From Candidatus Latescibacterota bacterium (GTDB taxonomy: Bacteria > Latescibacterota > UBA2968), in NCBI GenBank assembly GCA_965198115.1, contig OZ240241.1, forward strand, positions 4,064,001 to 4,128,000: a stretch of DNA of 64,000 nt, in the 5' to 3' direction. This document shows, piece after piece, positions 29,611 to 40,363 of this stretch (the first letter of the stretch is position 1; each line of letters starts with the position of its first letter). Under the pieces are notes generated by a model that saw only the letters and a list, made by a program, of their open reading frames with translations, had not been told where the DNA came from and made no database searches. The position numbers and the translations under genes were made by a program.

Positions 29611-30333
29611 ATGCTTGGAACGGTTCAGAATTCGCACAACGAAGTCATCGACTACACGCTGCACGACGCGAATGACAACACCACCGACATCGTCGTCATC
29701 GGTCACGGTGTGACCGGCAACAAGGATCGTCCATTTGTCGTGGCCCTGGCCTCGGGACTGGCGGAAGCGGGCATTCCTGCCGTGCGGATCTCGTTCGCGG
29801 GGAACGGAGCGTCGGGTGGAAGGTTCGAAGAAGCCACCATCTCGAAAGAAGCCGAGGACCTGTCCTGTGTTATCGACGCCTTGGACGGGCGCCAGGTCGC
29901 TTACGTCGGCCACAGTATGGGGGGCGCCGTCGGCGTTTTACGAGCGAGCAAGGACAGCCGCATCAAGCTTCTCGTCTCCCTGGCCGGAATGGTGCACACC
30001 GAGACTTTCGCTCGAACAGAATTCGGTGATGTCACACCCGATCACGGCTGTATGTGGGACGAGCCGACCTGCCCTCTCTCCCGAACCTATATGGAGGATA
30101 TGGAATCCATCCATTCGGTCGTCGATCTCGGGGCGAATGTCAGCGTCCCGTGGCTGCTCGTCCACGGGACCGAAGACGACGTCGTCCCCCTTCAGGACAG
30201 CCTGGATATCTACGAACGCGCGAACGAACCTAAATCACTCGTCCAGATCGAAGGGGCGGATCACGTCTTTTCCGACCACACGCCACAGATGGTCAAGACC
30301 GTCATCGATTGGTTTCGCGAGCAAGGTCTTTAG
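29611..30333 (+). CDS. Alpha/beta hydrolase
   Basis: HGVTG, GHSMGG nucleophile elbow, HGTEDDVVP, GADH. Confidence 0.92.
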   Translation: MLGTVQNSHNEVIDYTLHDANDNTTDIVVIGHGVTGNKDRPFVVALASGLAEAGIPAVRISFAGNGASGGRFEEATISKEAEDLSCVIDALDGRQVAYVGHSMGGAVGVLRASKDSRIKLLVSLAGMVHTETFARTEFGDVTPDHGCMWDEPTCPLSRTYMEDMESIHSVVDLGANVSVPWLLVHGTEDDVVPLQDSLDIYERANEPKSLVQIEGADHVFSDHTPQMVKTVIDWFREQGL

Positions 30334-30409
30334 TGCCCAGGGACAAGGCAGAGTGCTCACACTCCTCAGTGTGGCCTCTCGACTCCGCGACATCATCCAC
30401 CCACGAGCT

Positions 30410-31222
30410 ATGACAGATCTCGCCATCGAAACAACGGATACCGTCCTTGGAGCTCGAATTCGGAACCTCTCGCTCGATCGCCCGTTGTCGAGCGACGAGC
30501 AGGTGGCGGTGGAAAAAGCTCTGTACGACTTTTCCGTGATCGTCTTCCCCGACCAGCAGATCTCGCAACTCGATCTCGTACACTTCACCAACTACTACGG
30601 CACGGCTGTCCCGCACGTTCGCAGACAACCCGACAATCGCGAGCTCGACGAAATCTTCATCATCTCCAACGTCAAAGAAAACGGGCAACCGATCGGTGCC
30701 CTGGGAAACGCCGAGCTTACCTTCCACTCCGATCTCTCCTACCTGCACGAACCCGGAACCATCTCGATGCTCTACGCGATCGAGATTCCCAGTGAAGGCG
30801 GTGACACCTACTGGTGCGACTGTTACGCGGCTTACGACGCGCTTTCCGATGAGATGAAGCAGAAGCTCGATGGTTTGAGAGCAGTCCATCGGCACTACGT
30901 CGATGAGCAGAATCCCAAAACGCCCGCGAGCCATCCGGTCGTCTGTACACATCCAGTGACTGGTCGAAAGGCCCTCTACGTCGGCCCCCACCTGACGAAA
31001 TACATCGAGAACGTCTCCAACGAAGAGAGCGAGTGCCTGCTCGGTGAACTCAACGACCACACGCTCCGACCCGAATTCATCTACACACACCGTTGGCGTG
31101 TCGGCGATCTCGTCGTGTTCGACAACCGATGCACGATGCACCGACGTAACCCATTCCCGGACGATCAACGTCGGGTGATGTGGCGAACTCAGATCTTCAA
31201 CGACGTCGCCCCCGTTCCTTAG
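30410..31222 (+). CDS. TauD/TfdA family 2-oxoglutarate/Fe(II) dioxygenase
   Basis: FHSD (HxD), GGDT, HPVV.THPVTGRKALYV, FDNRCTMH. Confidence 0.93.
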   Translation: MTDLAIETTDTVLGARIRNLSLDRPLSSDEQVAVEKALYDFSVIVFPDQQISQLDLVHFTNYYGTAVPHVRRQPDNRELDEIFIISNVKENGQPIGALGNAELTFHSDLSYLHEPGTISMLYAIEIPSEGGDTYWCDCYAAYDALSDEMKQKLDGLRAVHRHYVDEQNPKTPASHPVVCTHPVTGRKALYVGPHLTKYIENVSNEESECLLGELNDHTLRPEFIYTHRWRVGDLVVFDNRCTMHRRNPFPDDQRRVMWRTQIFNDVAPVP

Positions 31223-31246
31223 AGCCGATGCCAACCTTTTTGCATT

Positions 31247-32119
31247 TTGCATTCTAACTTGAGCACTCTTCTATTCGGCCCGACCGGCATCGTGGGCTAC
31301 GCCATTGCCCGACGATGCCCCGATATTGTTCCAATTCTGTCAACGCCGAACAAGAAGGGCATCGCGCACGGATGGGATGTCGTCGTCCACGAGTGCGAGA
31401 GCGATGTTCGTCGCATCTGCGACAGAGACATCGAAGCCGTGATCTATGTTCACGCCGTATGCGACGTTGCAATGTGCGAAGCCCGCGAAGAGTGGGCGCG
31501 AGAGAAGAACGTCCTCAACCTGGTTCGCGTTCTGAGCCACATCCCTCGCGGCACTCGATTCGTCTATCTCTCGTCCGACCACGTCTTCGGTCACGACGGA
31601 AGCTACGACGAGCGTGACGAACCCTGTCCGATTTCTGCCTATGGGCGAACCCGCGTCGAGGCGGAACAGCGTGTGCTTCAGCGCGAGAACACCGTCGTGA
31701 TTCGCGTGCCTTTGGCCATCGGTCCCTCCGTCGACGGACGGACCGGGCACCTCGACTGGATGCGCTACCGCTTTACAAAAGGTCTCCCGATCACCATCGT
31801 AGAGGACGAAGCTCGGTCAGTCCTCAACGCCGAGGACGTCGTCGACCGAACTCTGGACTACGTCACATCGGACACGGTCGGTCTTCGCCACATTGCCGCA
31901 CCGGGCGTATCGCGAATCCAACTCGCAGACGGCGTGATCAAACACCTCAGCATGCCCGTCCGATATGATCTGAAGACTCGAAGCGAACAGCCGGCGCCTC
32001 ACCTCGGCCGAGTAACGCTCGATACGGCCTACGACGACGCCCTGGCGGCACCCCTGCCGTCCGCGCTTGACCGTTTCGACTCAACCGGAGAACCAGCGGG
32101 AAATGTCCCAAACGACTGA
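31247..32119 (+). CDS. RmlD-like (dTDP-4-dehydrorhamnose reductase family) extended SDR
   Basis: GPTGIVG, YLSSDHVF, P.SAYGRTR.EAE. Confidence 0.78.
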   Translation: MHSNLSTLLFGPTGIVGYAIARRCPDIVPILSTPNKKGIAHGWDVVVHECESDVRRICDRDIEAVIYVHAVCDVAMCEAREEWAREKNVLNLVRVLSHIPRGTRFVYLSSDHVFGHDGSYDERDEPCPISAYGRTRVEAEQRVLQRENTVVIRVPLAIGPSVDGRTGHLDWMRYRFTKGLPITIVEDEARSVLNAEDVVDRTLDYVTSDTVGLRHIAAPGVSRIQLADGVIKHLSMPVRYDLKTRSEQPAPHLGRVTLDTAYDDALAAPLPSALDRFDSTGEPAGNVPND

Positions 32120-32474
32120 CACTGCCAGGGCATCGATCGTCGATTTCGCAAAAGTCGCCGGTGTCGACTGCCCCTGCGGCATCGCGCGACGCGCGTTCGA
32201 GGAAGCATCGGGTGGCGCCTTCACCCTCCATACGACCACCATCACGACCGAAGCCCAAACCCACTATCACAAGCAGCTGACAGAGGTCTACTACGTCCTC
32301 GATGGCGAAGGCCAGATCGAGCTCGACGGAGAACGGCAACCCGTGCATCCTGGCGTGGGGATCCACATTCCACCCGGAATCCGGCACCGCGCGGTCGTCG
32401 AAAAAGGCACCGAAATGACCGTTGCCATCTTTGTAACCCCTGCGTTCGATCCGTCGGACGAATGGTTCGACTGA
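32103..32474 (+). CDS. Cupin domain protein
   Basis: HYHKQLTEVYYVLDGEG, IPPGIRH. Confidence 0.88.
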   Translation: MSQTTDTARASIVDFAKVAGVDCPCGIARRAFEEASGGAFTLHTTTITTEAQTHYHKQLTEVYYVLDGEGQIELDGERQPVHPGVGIHIPPGIRHRAVVEKGTEMTVAIFVTPAFDPSDEWFD

Positions 32475-32487
32475 CATCGGAGATTGA

Positions 32488-32988
32488 ATGGACGGCGAAG
32501 CGAAAAAGACAGCGTTGAGGATGATTCCCTACGGACTCTACGTCCTCACCTCCGAAAGCGAAGGCGAAATCGGTGCCGCCACCGTCAGTTGGGTCACCCA
32601 GGCGAGCTTCGCGCCGCCCCTCCTCGTCGTCGGCGTTAAAGCGGATTCCGCCAGTCACGACATCATCAAAACGAGCGGAACCTTCGCGCTCAATATGCTC
32701 GCTCAGGAACAGGACGCCATCGCATCCACGTTCATCAGAGAGACGCAGGTCGAGAACGGAGCGATCAGCGGGGAACCGTATCACAGCGGCTCGACAGGCG
32801 TGCCCGTCCTGTCCAATGCCACGGCCGTCCTCGAATGCCGCCTCGTCGACACGGTAGAAAAGGGAGATCATTCCGTATTCGTCGGGGAGGTCGTCGACGC
32901 CTCCGTATCGAATGAGCCCGATGGCCGTCCCGACGATTCAACGCTCAGAGTCAAACACCTCGGCGAAAAGGTATTTTACGGAGGCTAA
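32488..32988 (+). CDS. Flavin reductase-like protein
   Basis: PYGLYVLT, QASFAPP, GDHSVFVGEV. Confidence 0.92.
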   Translation: MDGEAKKTALRMIPYGLYVLTSESEGEIGAATVSWVTQASFAPPLLVVGVKADSASHDIIKTSGTFALNMLAQEQDAIASTFIRETQVENGAISGEPYHSGSTGVPVLSNATAVLECRLVDTVEKGDHSVFVGEVVDASVSNEPDGRPDDSTLRVKHLGEKVFYGG

Positions 32989-33072
32989 TGATTGAAGCCT
33001 ACCTCGCTTAGGCGTTTACCACCGTCTACCGCCGACCGTCCACCGTCCACCGTCCACGAAATTTCTAGCCTA

Positions 33073-34128
33073 ATGATTGACGCAGACGTCCACAACGAGC
33101 TCCCCAAGCTCAAAACACTCCTCCCTTATCTGGGTGAGCAGTGGCAGGTTTACCTGAACGAATCGGCTTTTCGCGGAACCGGAGCGGCCGACTACCCCGA
33201 TAAATCCCCCGTCGCCTCACGGGAGGACGCACGACCCGATTCCGGACCACCCGGGTCCGACATCGACCTCCTTCGCAAACACGTCTTCGACGACGGGGGC
33301 GCCGACCTCGCCATTCTCAACTGCGGCTTCCGTGCGGGAAGCGTCCACAATCAAGATCTGGCGGCAGACCTTGCCACGGCCGTCAACGACTGGCAGGTGG
33401 AGCAGTGGCTGAACACCGACGACAGATTCCGGGCATCCATCATCGTCGCCAATCAGAATCCCGTTCGGGCTGCCGCCGAGATCGACCGAATCGGATCGCA
33501 CCCAGGATTCATCCAGGTCGTCTTGCCCGTCTGCGGCGATGCCCCCTACGGAAACCTGCGATACGATCCCGTTTTCGACGCAGCGACTCGCCACGACCTG
33601 GCTATTCTGATTGCCTTTGGAGGCGCATCAGGCTTTCCTCCAACTGGGATCGGTTGGCCATCGACCTACGTCGAGGAGTATGTCGATGCAGGGGCCACCT
33701 TCCAATCGCAGATAAACAGCCTTATCTTTGAAGGAGCCTTCGATCGGTTTCCGACGCTCCGGATCGTCCTCTCCGAAAGCGGGTGGACGTGGATGCCGTC
33801 GTTGATGTGGCGGATGGACAAGGAATGGAAGGGATTGAGGCGTGACACGCCGTGGGTCAAGCGCCCACCCAGCGACTATATGCGTGAACACATCCACCTC
33901 ACCACGGCCCCGACGGACCGACCGTCGGCCGAACGCTCCAACGAGCTGATCGAAATCATCGACTACCTGAATTCAGACAAGATGCTGCTCTTTGCCTCGG
34001 ACTATCCGCATTGGCACGGCGAAGAGCCTATGGCCTGGTTATCGGATTTACCGGAAGATCTGAAGGAACGCATCCTGCACCTCAACGCCGCCGAATTCTA
34101 CGGTTTGGAAGTCTCAGCCACAGCTTGA
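33073..34128 (+). CDS. Amidohydrolase_2-fold protein, probable partner subunit of a dinuclear oxygenase
   Basis: IDADVH, EGAFDRFPTL...ESG, FASDYPHW; lacks two His present in the next gene. Confidence 0.82.
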   Translation: MIDADVHNELPKLKTLLPYLGEQWQVYLNESAFRGTGAADYPDKSPVASREDARPDSGPPGSDIDLLRKHVFDDGGADLAILNCGFRAGSVHNQDLAADLATAVNDWQVEQWLNTDDRFRASIIVANQNPVRAAAEIDRIGSHPGFIQVVLPVCGDAPYGNLRYDPVFDAATRHDLAILIAFGGASGFPPTGIGWPSTYVEEYVDAGATFQSQINSLIFEGAFDRFPTLRIVLSESGWTWMPSLMWRMDKEWKGLRRDTPWVKRPPSDYMREHIHLTTAPTDRPSAERSNELIEIIDYLNSDKMLLFASDYPHWHGEEPMAWLSDLPEDLKERILHLNAAEFYGLEVSATA

Positions 34129-34169
34129 GACACCATCCTCGCGTCGAAAGGACCACCCAGGAGCCACCT

Positions 34170-35288
34170 ATGTCTACACTCGCGCCAGCGCCACCCCAAG
34201 TCCAGACTCAGATCCCGGATGCCGGATCCCGGATCACGGATCACGCACGCATCGACTGTGACATCCACAACGCCATCCAGTCCGATGACACGATTCGAAA
34301 GTATCTCGCCCCCCGATGGCGAAAGCATCACGAGATCTACGGCATCCGCAACTTCACGGGGTGCTATTACCCCCGCGCGGTGCCTAACGCGGCACGTCAC
34401 GATAGCTGGCCGCCATCGGGCCTGCCTCCGGGCGGCGATCTTGCTTTTATGCAAGAACAGCTGTTGGATGAGTGGGGTTTCGAATACGGGATTCTCAACT
34501 GCCTAACCGGTAGTGGGGGTGCACGCAACCTCGAGTTCAGCGCAGCTTTTGCCTCGGCCGTGAATGAGTGGCAGATCGCCGAATGGCTCGAACCCGAACC
34601 CAGACTCCGCGCCTCTCTGGTCCTGCCCTACGAGGTCGGGGACCTCGCTGCCGAAGAGATTCATCGAACAGGCGATCACCCGGGTTTCGTCCAGGTCATC
34701 TTCGCCGCCCGAACCAGCGAGCCGATGGGTCGGCGCAAGTACTGGCCCATCTACGAGGCGGCCTGCGAGCACAATCTCCCGATCGGCATCCATTTCGGCG
34801 GCGCCGGCGGCCACCCCATCACCGGAAGCGGCTGGCCGTCGCACTACATCGAAGACCACGGCGGAATGTCCCAGGCGTTCCAGCCGCAGATTACGAGCTT
34901 CGTGATGGAAGGTGTCTTCGAGCGGTTCCCTGAATTGAAGATCGTCCTGATCGAGGGAGGCTTTGCCTGGCTGCCACCGCTGATGTGGCGACTCGACAGA
35001 AGCTGGGAGCTGATGCGTAGCGAAGTCCCCGACGTCAAGCGCCCGCCTTCAGAGTATATTCGCGAACACTTTTGGACAACGACGCAGCCTGTCGAAGAGC
35101 CAGAGCGCCCAGAGCACTTCCATCAGCTCCTGCGTCAAATGGATATGTACGATCGTCTGATGTTCGCGACGGACTACCCTCATTGGGACTTTGACGCGCC
35201 CACGTCGGCCCTCCCGAACGACCTCGACGACGATCTTAGAAAAAGTATCCTCGCCGGCAACGCTAAAAAGCTCTACAGCCTGTCATAA
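34170..35288 (+). CDS. Amidohydrolase_2-fold protein, probable catalytic subunit of a dinuclear oxygenase
   Basis: IDCDIH, IGIHFGG, YIEDH, EGG, FATDYPHWD. Confidence 0.85.
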   Translation: MSTLAPAPPQVQTQIPDAGSRITDHARIDCDIHNAIQSDDTIRKYLAPRWRKHHEIYGIRNFTGCYYPRAVPNAARHDSWPPSGLPPGGDLAFMQEQLLDEWGFEYGILNCLTGSGGARNLEFSAAFASAVNEWQIAEWLEPEPRLRASLVLPYEVGDLAAEEIHRTGDHPGFVQVIFAARTSEPMGRRKYWPIYEAACEHNLPIGIHFGGAGGHPITGSGWPSHYIEDHGGMSQAFQPQITSFVMEGVFERFPELKIVLIEGGFAWLPPLMWRLDRSWELMRSEVPDVKRPPSEYIREHFWTTTQPVEEPERPEHFHQLLRQMDMYDRLMFATDYPHWDFDAPTSALPNDLDDDLRKSILAGNAKKLYSLS

Positions 35289-35350
35289 CCAGTAAGGTGC
35301 GACCCGCGCCTGTCCTGAGCGCAGTCGAAGGGTGTCGCACCGACCGCATT

Positions 35351-35800
35351 ATGCCCAAACACATCATCGGGACAGTGAGCGAAATCCCACCGGGCGAGCG
35401 CAAAATCGTCGACATCAGCGGCAGGTCGATCGGCGTCTACAACGTCGCGGGCGAGTTCTTCGCGGTGCGTAACCGGTGTCCCCACCAGGGCGGTCCCCTC
35501 TGCGAAGGTCGCACCGTCGGGTTTCTGAAGTGCGACAAACCCGGGGGTCCTTACGAGTATCTCCGCAAGGGCGAGATGCTACGCTGCCCGTGGCACGGAT
35601 GGGAATACGACATCAAGACCGGTCAATCGTGGGTCGATCCCGCGAGTGTACGGGTCCGAAGCTACAACGTCGGCGTCGAACCCATCGAAGAGGCCGACCT
35701 CGAAATCGACTCCGAAACCGGCTACGCCAAGGGTCCCTTCCTCGCAGAAACGTATCCCGTCAGCATCGAGAAGTTGAACGTCGTCATCGAACTTGCTTGA
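35351..35800 (+). CDS. Rieske [2Fe-2S] ferredoxin
   Basis: NRCPHQGGPL and RCPWHGWEY. Confidence 0.94.
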   Translation: MPKHIIGTVSEIPPGERKIVDISGRSIGVYNVAGEFFAVRNRCPHQGGPLCEGRTVGFLKCDKPGGPYEYLRKGEMLRCPWHGWEYDIKTGQSWVDPASVRVRSYNVGVEPIEEADLEIDSETGYAKGPFLAETYPVSIEKLNVVIELA

Positions 35801-35933
35801 AGACTGGCAGAGCCCTCCTCGCTTGACCCTCCTGAACCGCAAGGCTAACTTTTCCATCGACCCAATTCGTGGTTTATTATCTTGCCGGCACACGCGAGGT
35901 GTCGAGCTCTTCCTGGTCACTTGTGAGGTGTGA

Positions 35934-36326
35934 ATGCCCGTCGTCAGAACAACAGAAGGATCGATGAGAACCGGCAACCGTCCTGACTGGTGCGCCGTCA
36001 CGAGCGCTGGGGTCTTTCGCGTGTCGACGGAGGGAGGGCGATTCGACTGTCACTACCACGATTGCGACGAATACTGGCTCATCTTCAAGGGCAAAGCGAA
36101 GGTGATGTCGGAGGGCGTCGAATACTACGCCAAGCCGGGCGACATCGTGTGCACCAAGACGGGTGACGAGCACGATGTGCTCGAAATCTACGAGGACATA
36201 GAAGCCTTCTATTTCGAGGACGCGACCCCCGAAGGCGGCCGCACAGGTCACCTCCACCGCGACGAGACAAAATCAAAGGGTCACCAGGTCCCGCATAGAC
36301 CCTTGCCTCCCGACTTCCCGGCGTGA
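35934..36326 (+). CDS. Cupin domain protein
   Basis: HYHDCDEYW...G, PGD.V....G.EH. Confidence 0.85.
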   Translation: MPVVRTTEGSMRTGNRPDWCAVTSAGVFRVSTEGGRFDCHYHDCDEYWLIFKGKAKVMSEGVEYYAKPGDIVCTKTGDEHDVLEIYEDIEAFYFEDATPEGGRTGHLHRDETKSKGHQVPHRPLPPDFPA

Positions 36327-36371
36327 CCACGCTCCAATCCCCCATTCTCGATTCTCGATTTTCGATCTGAA

Positions 36372-37418
36372 ATGTCCACCGCCGTCCTTCTATCCGGCGG
36401 GGTCGACAGCTCCGTAGCCCTCCATCTCGCAAGACACGAAGATCCCGATACAACGGCGTTCTACCTCAAGATCTGGCTCGAGGACGAGCTTGCTCACATC
36501 GGCGACTGTCCCTGGGAAGAGGACCTCGCATTCGCCCGTGCAGTCTGTGACCAGATCGGTATTCCACTCGAAATCGTCCCGCTGCAAACCGAGTACCTCG
36601 ATCGTGTCGTCACCCTCGCCGTTTCCGAACTCAGGGCGGGCCGCACGCCCAGTCCCGACATTTTTTGTAATCAGCGCATCAAGTTCGGTGCGTTCGTCGA
36701 CGTTGTCGGCCACGCCTTCGACCGCGTCGTGTCGGGTCACTACGCCACCGTCGAGCGTGGGGATTCCTCCGCCCGGCTGAAGCGGTCACCCGACCCGGTC
36801 AAGGACCAGACCTATTTTCTCTGCAACCTCAATCAGGACCAGATCCGAAGAGCCGAATTCCCGATCGGCCACCTCACGAAGGACGCCGTGCGTCGCCAGG
36901 CCGCCGACCTCGACCTTCCCAACCGCGACCGCAAGGACAGCCAGGGTATCTGTTTCCTGGGCAAGATCCGCTATCCCGACTTTGTCCGATTCCACCTCGG
37001 AGAACAACGCGGAGACATCGTAGACATCGACACGCACGAAGTCCTCGGCTCGCACCAAGGATTCTGGTTCCACACCATCGGTCAACGCCAGGGGCTCGGA
37101 CTGGGTGGTGGTCCCTGGTATGTGGTCGAAAAGGATGTCGAAGCCAACGTCGTCTTTGTCTCCCACCAGGAACGACGGGAAAATCGACTGCGCGACACGT
37201 TCACAGTGCAGGAACCCAACTGGATCGCGGAACCCCCGGATGGATCCTCTCTCTCAACGAAATTGCGTCACGGTCCCGAGCTTACGCCCTGCACACTTGA
37301 ACCTGCGGACGGCGACTATCGTGTTACGCTCGCACGGCCAGACGGGGGCATCGCCCCCGGCCAGTGGGCCGTCTTCTACGACGGCGAGTACTGTCTCGGT
37401 GGCGGCATCATCTCGTGA
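36372..37418 (+). CDS. mnmA: tRNA 2-thiouridine(34) synthase MnmA
   Basis: SGGVDS PP-loop, TPSPDIFCN..IKF, GHYA, KDQTYFL, DSQGICF, TIGQR.GL, PGQ. Confidence 0.96.
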   Translation: MSTAVLLSGGVDSSVALHLARHEDPDTTAFYLKIWLEDELAHIGDCPWEEDLAFARAVCDQIGIPLEIVPLQTEYLDRVVTLAVSELRAGRTPSPDIFCNQRIKFGAFVDVVGHAFDRVVSGHYATVERGDSSARLKRSPDPVKDQTYFLCNLNQDQIRRAEFPIGHLTKDAVRRQAADLDLPNRDRKDSQGICFLGKIRYPDFVRFHLGEQRGDIVDIDTHEVLGSHQGFWFHTIGQRQGLGLGGGPWYVVEKDVEANVVFVSHQERRENRLRDTFTVQEPNWIAEPPDGSSLSTKLRHGPELTPCTLEPADGDYRVTLARPDGGIAPGQWAVFYDGEYCLGGGIIS

Positions 37419-37924
37419 ACGGCTCTCGCTATTGGATAGAAAGTCTCGACCTGCGCCCTCATCCCGAGGGCGGCCACTATCGCGAAACGTATCGCTCCGT
37501 TGAGCGCCTCCATCCGTCCGCTCTGCCTGCCCGCTTCGATGGGGACCGGTCCTTCGCGACGTCGATCTACTTCCTGCTCGAAACCGGGCAGATCTCAGCT
37601 TTCCACCGCATTGCTTCCGACGAGATCTGGTGTTTTCATACCGGGGCGCCGATCAGAATCGAGCAGCTGAACGCGGACGGCTCAAGGACCTCCACATTAC
37701 TCGGTCCCCAAGCCGAGCAAGTGTTCCAGTGCGTGATTCCAGCCGGCACGTGGTTCGGCGCATACGTGGAGGCCGATAGGGGCTACAGCCTGGTCACCTG
37801 TGTCGTCTCTCCCGGATTCGATTTCGCGGATTTCGAACTCGCCGATCGGGAGAAACTGGCCCGTACCTACCCTGACCATTTGGCATTGATCAAGCAACTG
37901 ACGCACGAGACGGGAGCCCAATGA
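37415..37924 (+). CDS. Cupin_5 (DUF985) protein
   Basis: L.PHPEGG.YRE, TSIYFLL, FHR..SDEIW.FH.G, PGFDFADF. Confidence 0.92.
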   Translation: MNGSRYWIESLDLRPHPEGGHYRETYRSVERLHPSALPARFDGDRSFATSIYFLLETGQISAFHRIASDEIWCFHTGAPIRIEQLNADGSRTSTLLGPQAEQVFQCVIPAGTWFGAYVEADRGYSLVTCVVSPGFDFADFELADREKLARTYPDHLALIKQLTHETGAQ

Positions 37925-39188
37925 AAGAGGTCAAAGTCACGATCAACGGAACCGGTTTCGCAGGCGACTACACGGCGCAGGTCTACGGAATGATCCCGCA
38001 CAAAAACGGCATCGAAATCGACCTCGCCGGTGTCTGCTCGGGCCATATTGAAAACGCGGAAGCCTTCGCGAAGAAACACGGCATCCGTGACGCCTATGCC
38101 GAACACAACACGATGGTCGAGACCGTCAGACCCGACATCGACAACATCGCCTGTGCCAACTTCACCCACGGTCAATACGCGATGGAAGCGGCTCGGGCGG
38201 GCACGAAAGTCATCGTCCTCGAGAAACCGCCCGTGATCTGGCCGGGCCACGTCGAAGGGCGCGATGCCGACGGGGAAACCAAAAAGCAAGAATCGATGGA
38301 CTATCTTGGGCAGGTTCTCGACGTCGTTCGCGAAGGTGGCAGCAAGCTTCTTTACGCGGAGGACTTCGTCTACTTCGATGGGGTCCGCGGACTCGTCGAA
38401 GTGATGGTTCAGGCAAGCCAGCGGAACAAAGGGAAGGTCCTCTACCAGCGCGGGTTCTGCGCGCACCAGGGATCGCACGCCCCCGCCTACGACACGTCGT
38501 CCAAATCGGGTGGCGGAGCCCTCTTCAACAAGGCCTGTCATCCCCTCGGGCCCGTCCTCTACATCAAACAGGTAGAGGGACTCCTCTCAGGTGGAGCACC
38601 CATTCGGCCCAAGCGAATCTCGGCCGTCGCGCTCCAGGTCCTCAAACACCAGCCCGAATCGGCCGGCGAGCACTTTCGCGTGATGCAGAACGTCGACGAC
38701 TTCGGACGTGTCACCATCGTCTTCGACGACAACACCGTTGCCGAGGTACTTGGCTACGACCTCAGCATCAGCGGAATCAAAAACGAGCTCTCCATTATCG
38801 CCGACTTCGGGCAGTATGACATTCGTGTCAACCCGAACAACGCGAATGAGATCTTCCTGCCTTCTGCCCATCCATCCGGCGACATCCTGTTTCGCGAAAA
38901 GCTACCCACCGCCGAAGGCACGTCCTTCCCGATGCCCAACCAGTTTCACGCGCACGGTTACGTCAACGAAATGAACGACGCCGTCGACTGCGTGATCTCG
39001 GAGGACCGCTATCCTCAATCCGGCGCAATGATGGCCTGGGACACGATGGCCGTCCTGATGGCAGCCTACGAATCGAGCGAAAAGGACGCCGTCTTCATCG
39101 ACATCTCAGACATCACCCAAGCGCGTTCGTTCACGGCTGATGACTGCCGACGCCCCAACATTTTGTCGGCGTCTTCCAGAAGCAGTGA
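37921..39188 (+). CDS. Gfo/Idh/MocA family oxidoreductase; apparent frameshift at ~39145, likely true stop 39188
   Basis: GTGFAG, LEKP, GGGAL....H; alternative frame LPTPQHFVGVFQKQ* ends just before an intergenic repeat. Confidence 0.82.
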
Positions 39189-39418
39189 GGACAAGTGGAC
39201 GGGGGACCCTTCGATACGCCTGCTTCGCAGGCTACTCAGGGCAGGCGGGGGACGGTGGCTTTGTTTTTGCTCCGGCGTATCTTGCCGACCGGTGATACAG
39301 AGATTCGGCTTCGTCATAATTACAAGATCTGCTCGATCATCTTCCCGAATAGGGTCTCGAACCCCGGACGCACGCCAATCTGTGTGCATCTGTGGTTCCT
39401 GGTATCCTTGATCACTTC

Positions 39419-40363
39419 ATGAAAAAAGTCGCCCTGATCGGGCATCTGGATTTCCAAGAACACGACACCGGATCGGGCCATCCCGAGCGTCCAGCACGGC
39501 TCGCTGCTCTCCACGAAAGGCTCGCGGAGTCGGGTTTGGAAAGCGACCTGACCCGTATCGACCCGATCGCGGTTGACGAAGACTGGCTCCATCGTGGCCA
39601 CGCAGCCGCTCACATCTCAAACGTCCGGAAGCGATGCGAGCAGGGCGCGACGTATATGGAGGATTACGAGACGATGCTCTGTCCCGCCTCCTACGACATC
39701 GCCCGCAAGGCCGTCGGCGCCGCGTTTCAGGGATCGGACGCCATCGTGTCGGGAGCCATAGACCACGCGTTTTGCGCGGTCCGCCCTCCGGGACATCACG
39801 CCGAGTTCGACAGGGCGATGGGGTTCTGTCTGTTCAACACAGTCGTCATCGCCGCACGCTACATCCAGGAAATGCACGGTCTCGAGCGTGTAGCCATCAT
39901 CGACTGGGATGTGCATCACGGAAACGGCACGCAGCACATCTTGGAAACGGACCCATCGGTTTTCTATTTCAGCATTCACCAATACCCGCATTACCCCGGC
40001 ACGGGGGCTGCCGAAGAGCGAGGTCACGGAGCCGGCCAGGGTGCGACACTCAACGTCCCTGTTCCAGCAGGCACGGGCGACGACGACTATTTCAAAGCGT
40101 TCGACGACATTCTGCTCCCCGCAATGGCGGATTTCCAACCTCAGTTCGTCATCGTCTCGGCAGGCTTCGACGCGCACATTCGCGACCCTCTCTCGATGAC
40201 CCGCGTCACCGACGACGGCTTCGCGAAAATGACTGAACAGGTCCTGTCGATAGCCAGAGACCACGCTCAGAATCGGCTTCTCTCCGTCCTCGAAGGCGGC
40301 TACGACCTCGAAGCCCTGGCCTCCAGCGTCGAAACACACCTCAACGTCCTCCTCAGCAGCTGA
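39419..40363 (+). CDS. Histone deacetylase family protein (AcuC/AphA-like)
   Basis: HPERPARL, RPPGHHA, GFCLFN, DWDVHHGNGTQ, SAGFDAH, LEGGY. Confidence 0.95.
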   Translation: MKKVALIGHLDFQEHDTGSGHPERPARLAALHERLAESGLESDLTRIDPIAVDEDWLHRGHAAAHISNVRKRCEQGATYMEDYETMLCPASYDIARKAVGAAFQGSDAIVSGAIDHAFCAVRPPGHHAEFDRAMGFCLFNTVVIAARYIQEMHGLERVAIIDWDVHHGNGTQHILETDPSVFYFSIHQYPHYPGTGAAEERGHGAGQGATLNVPVPAGTGDDDYFKAFDDILLPAMADFQPQFVIVSAGFDAHIRDPLSMTRVTDDGFAKMTEQVLSIARDHAQNRLLSVLEGGYDLEALASSVETHLNVLLSS

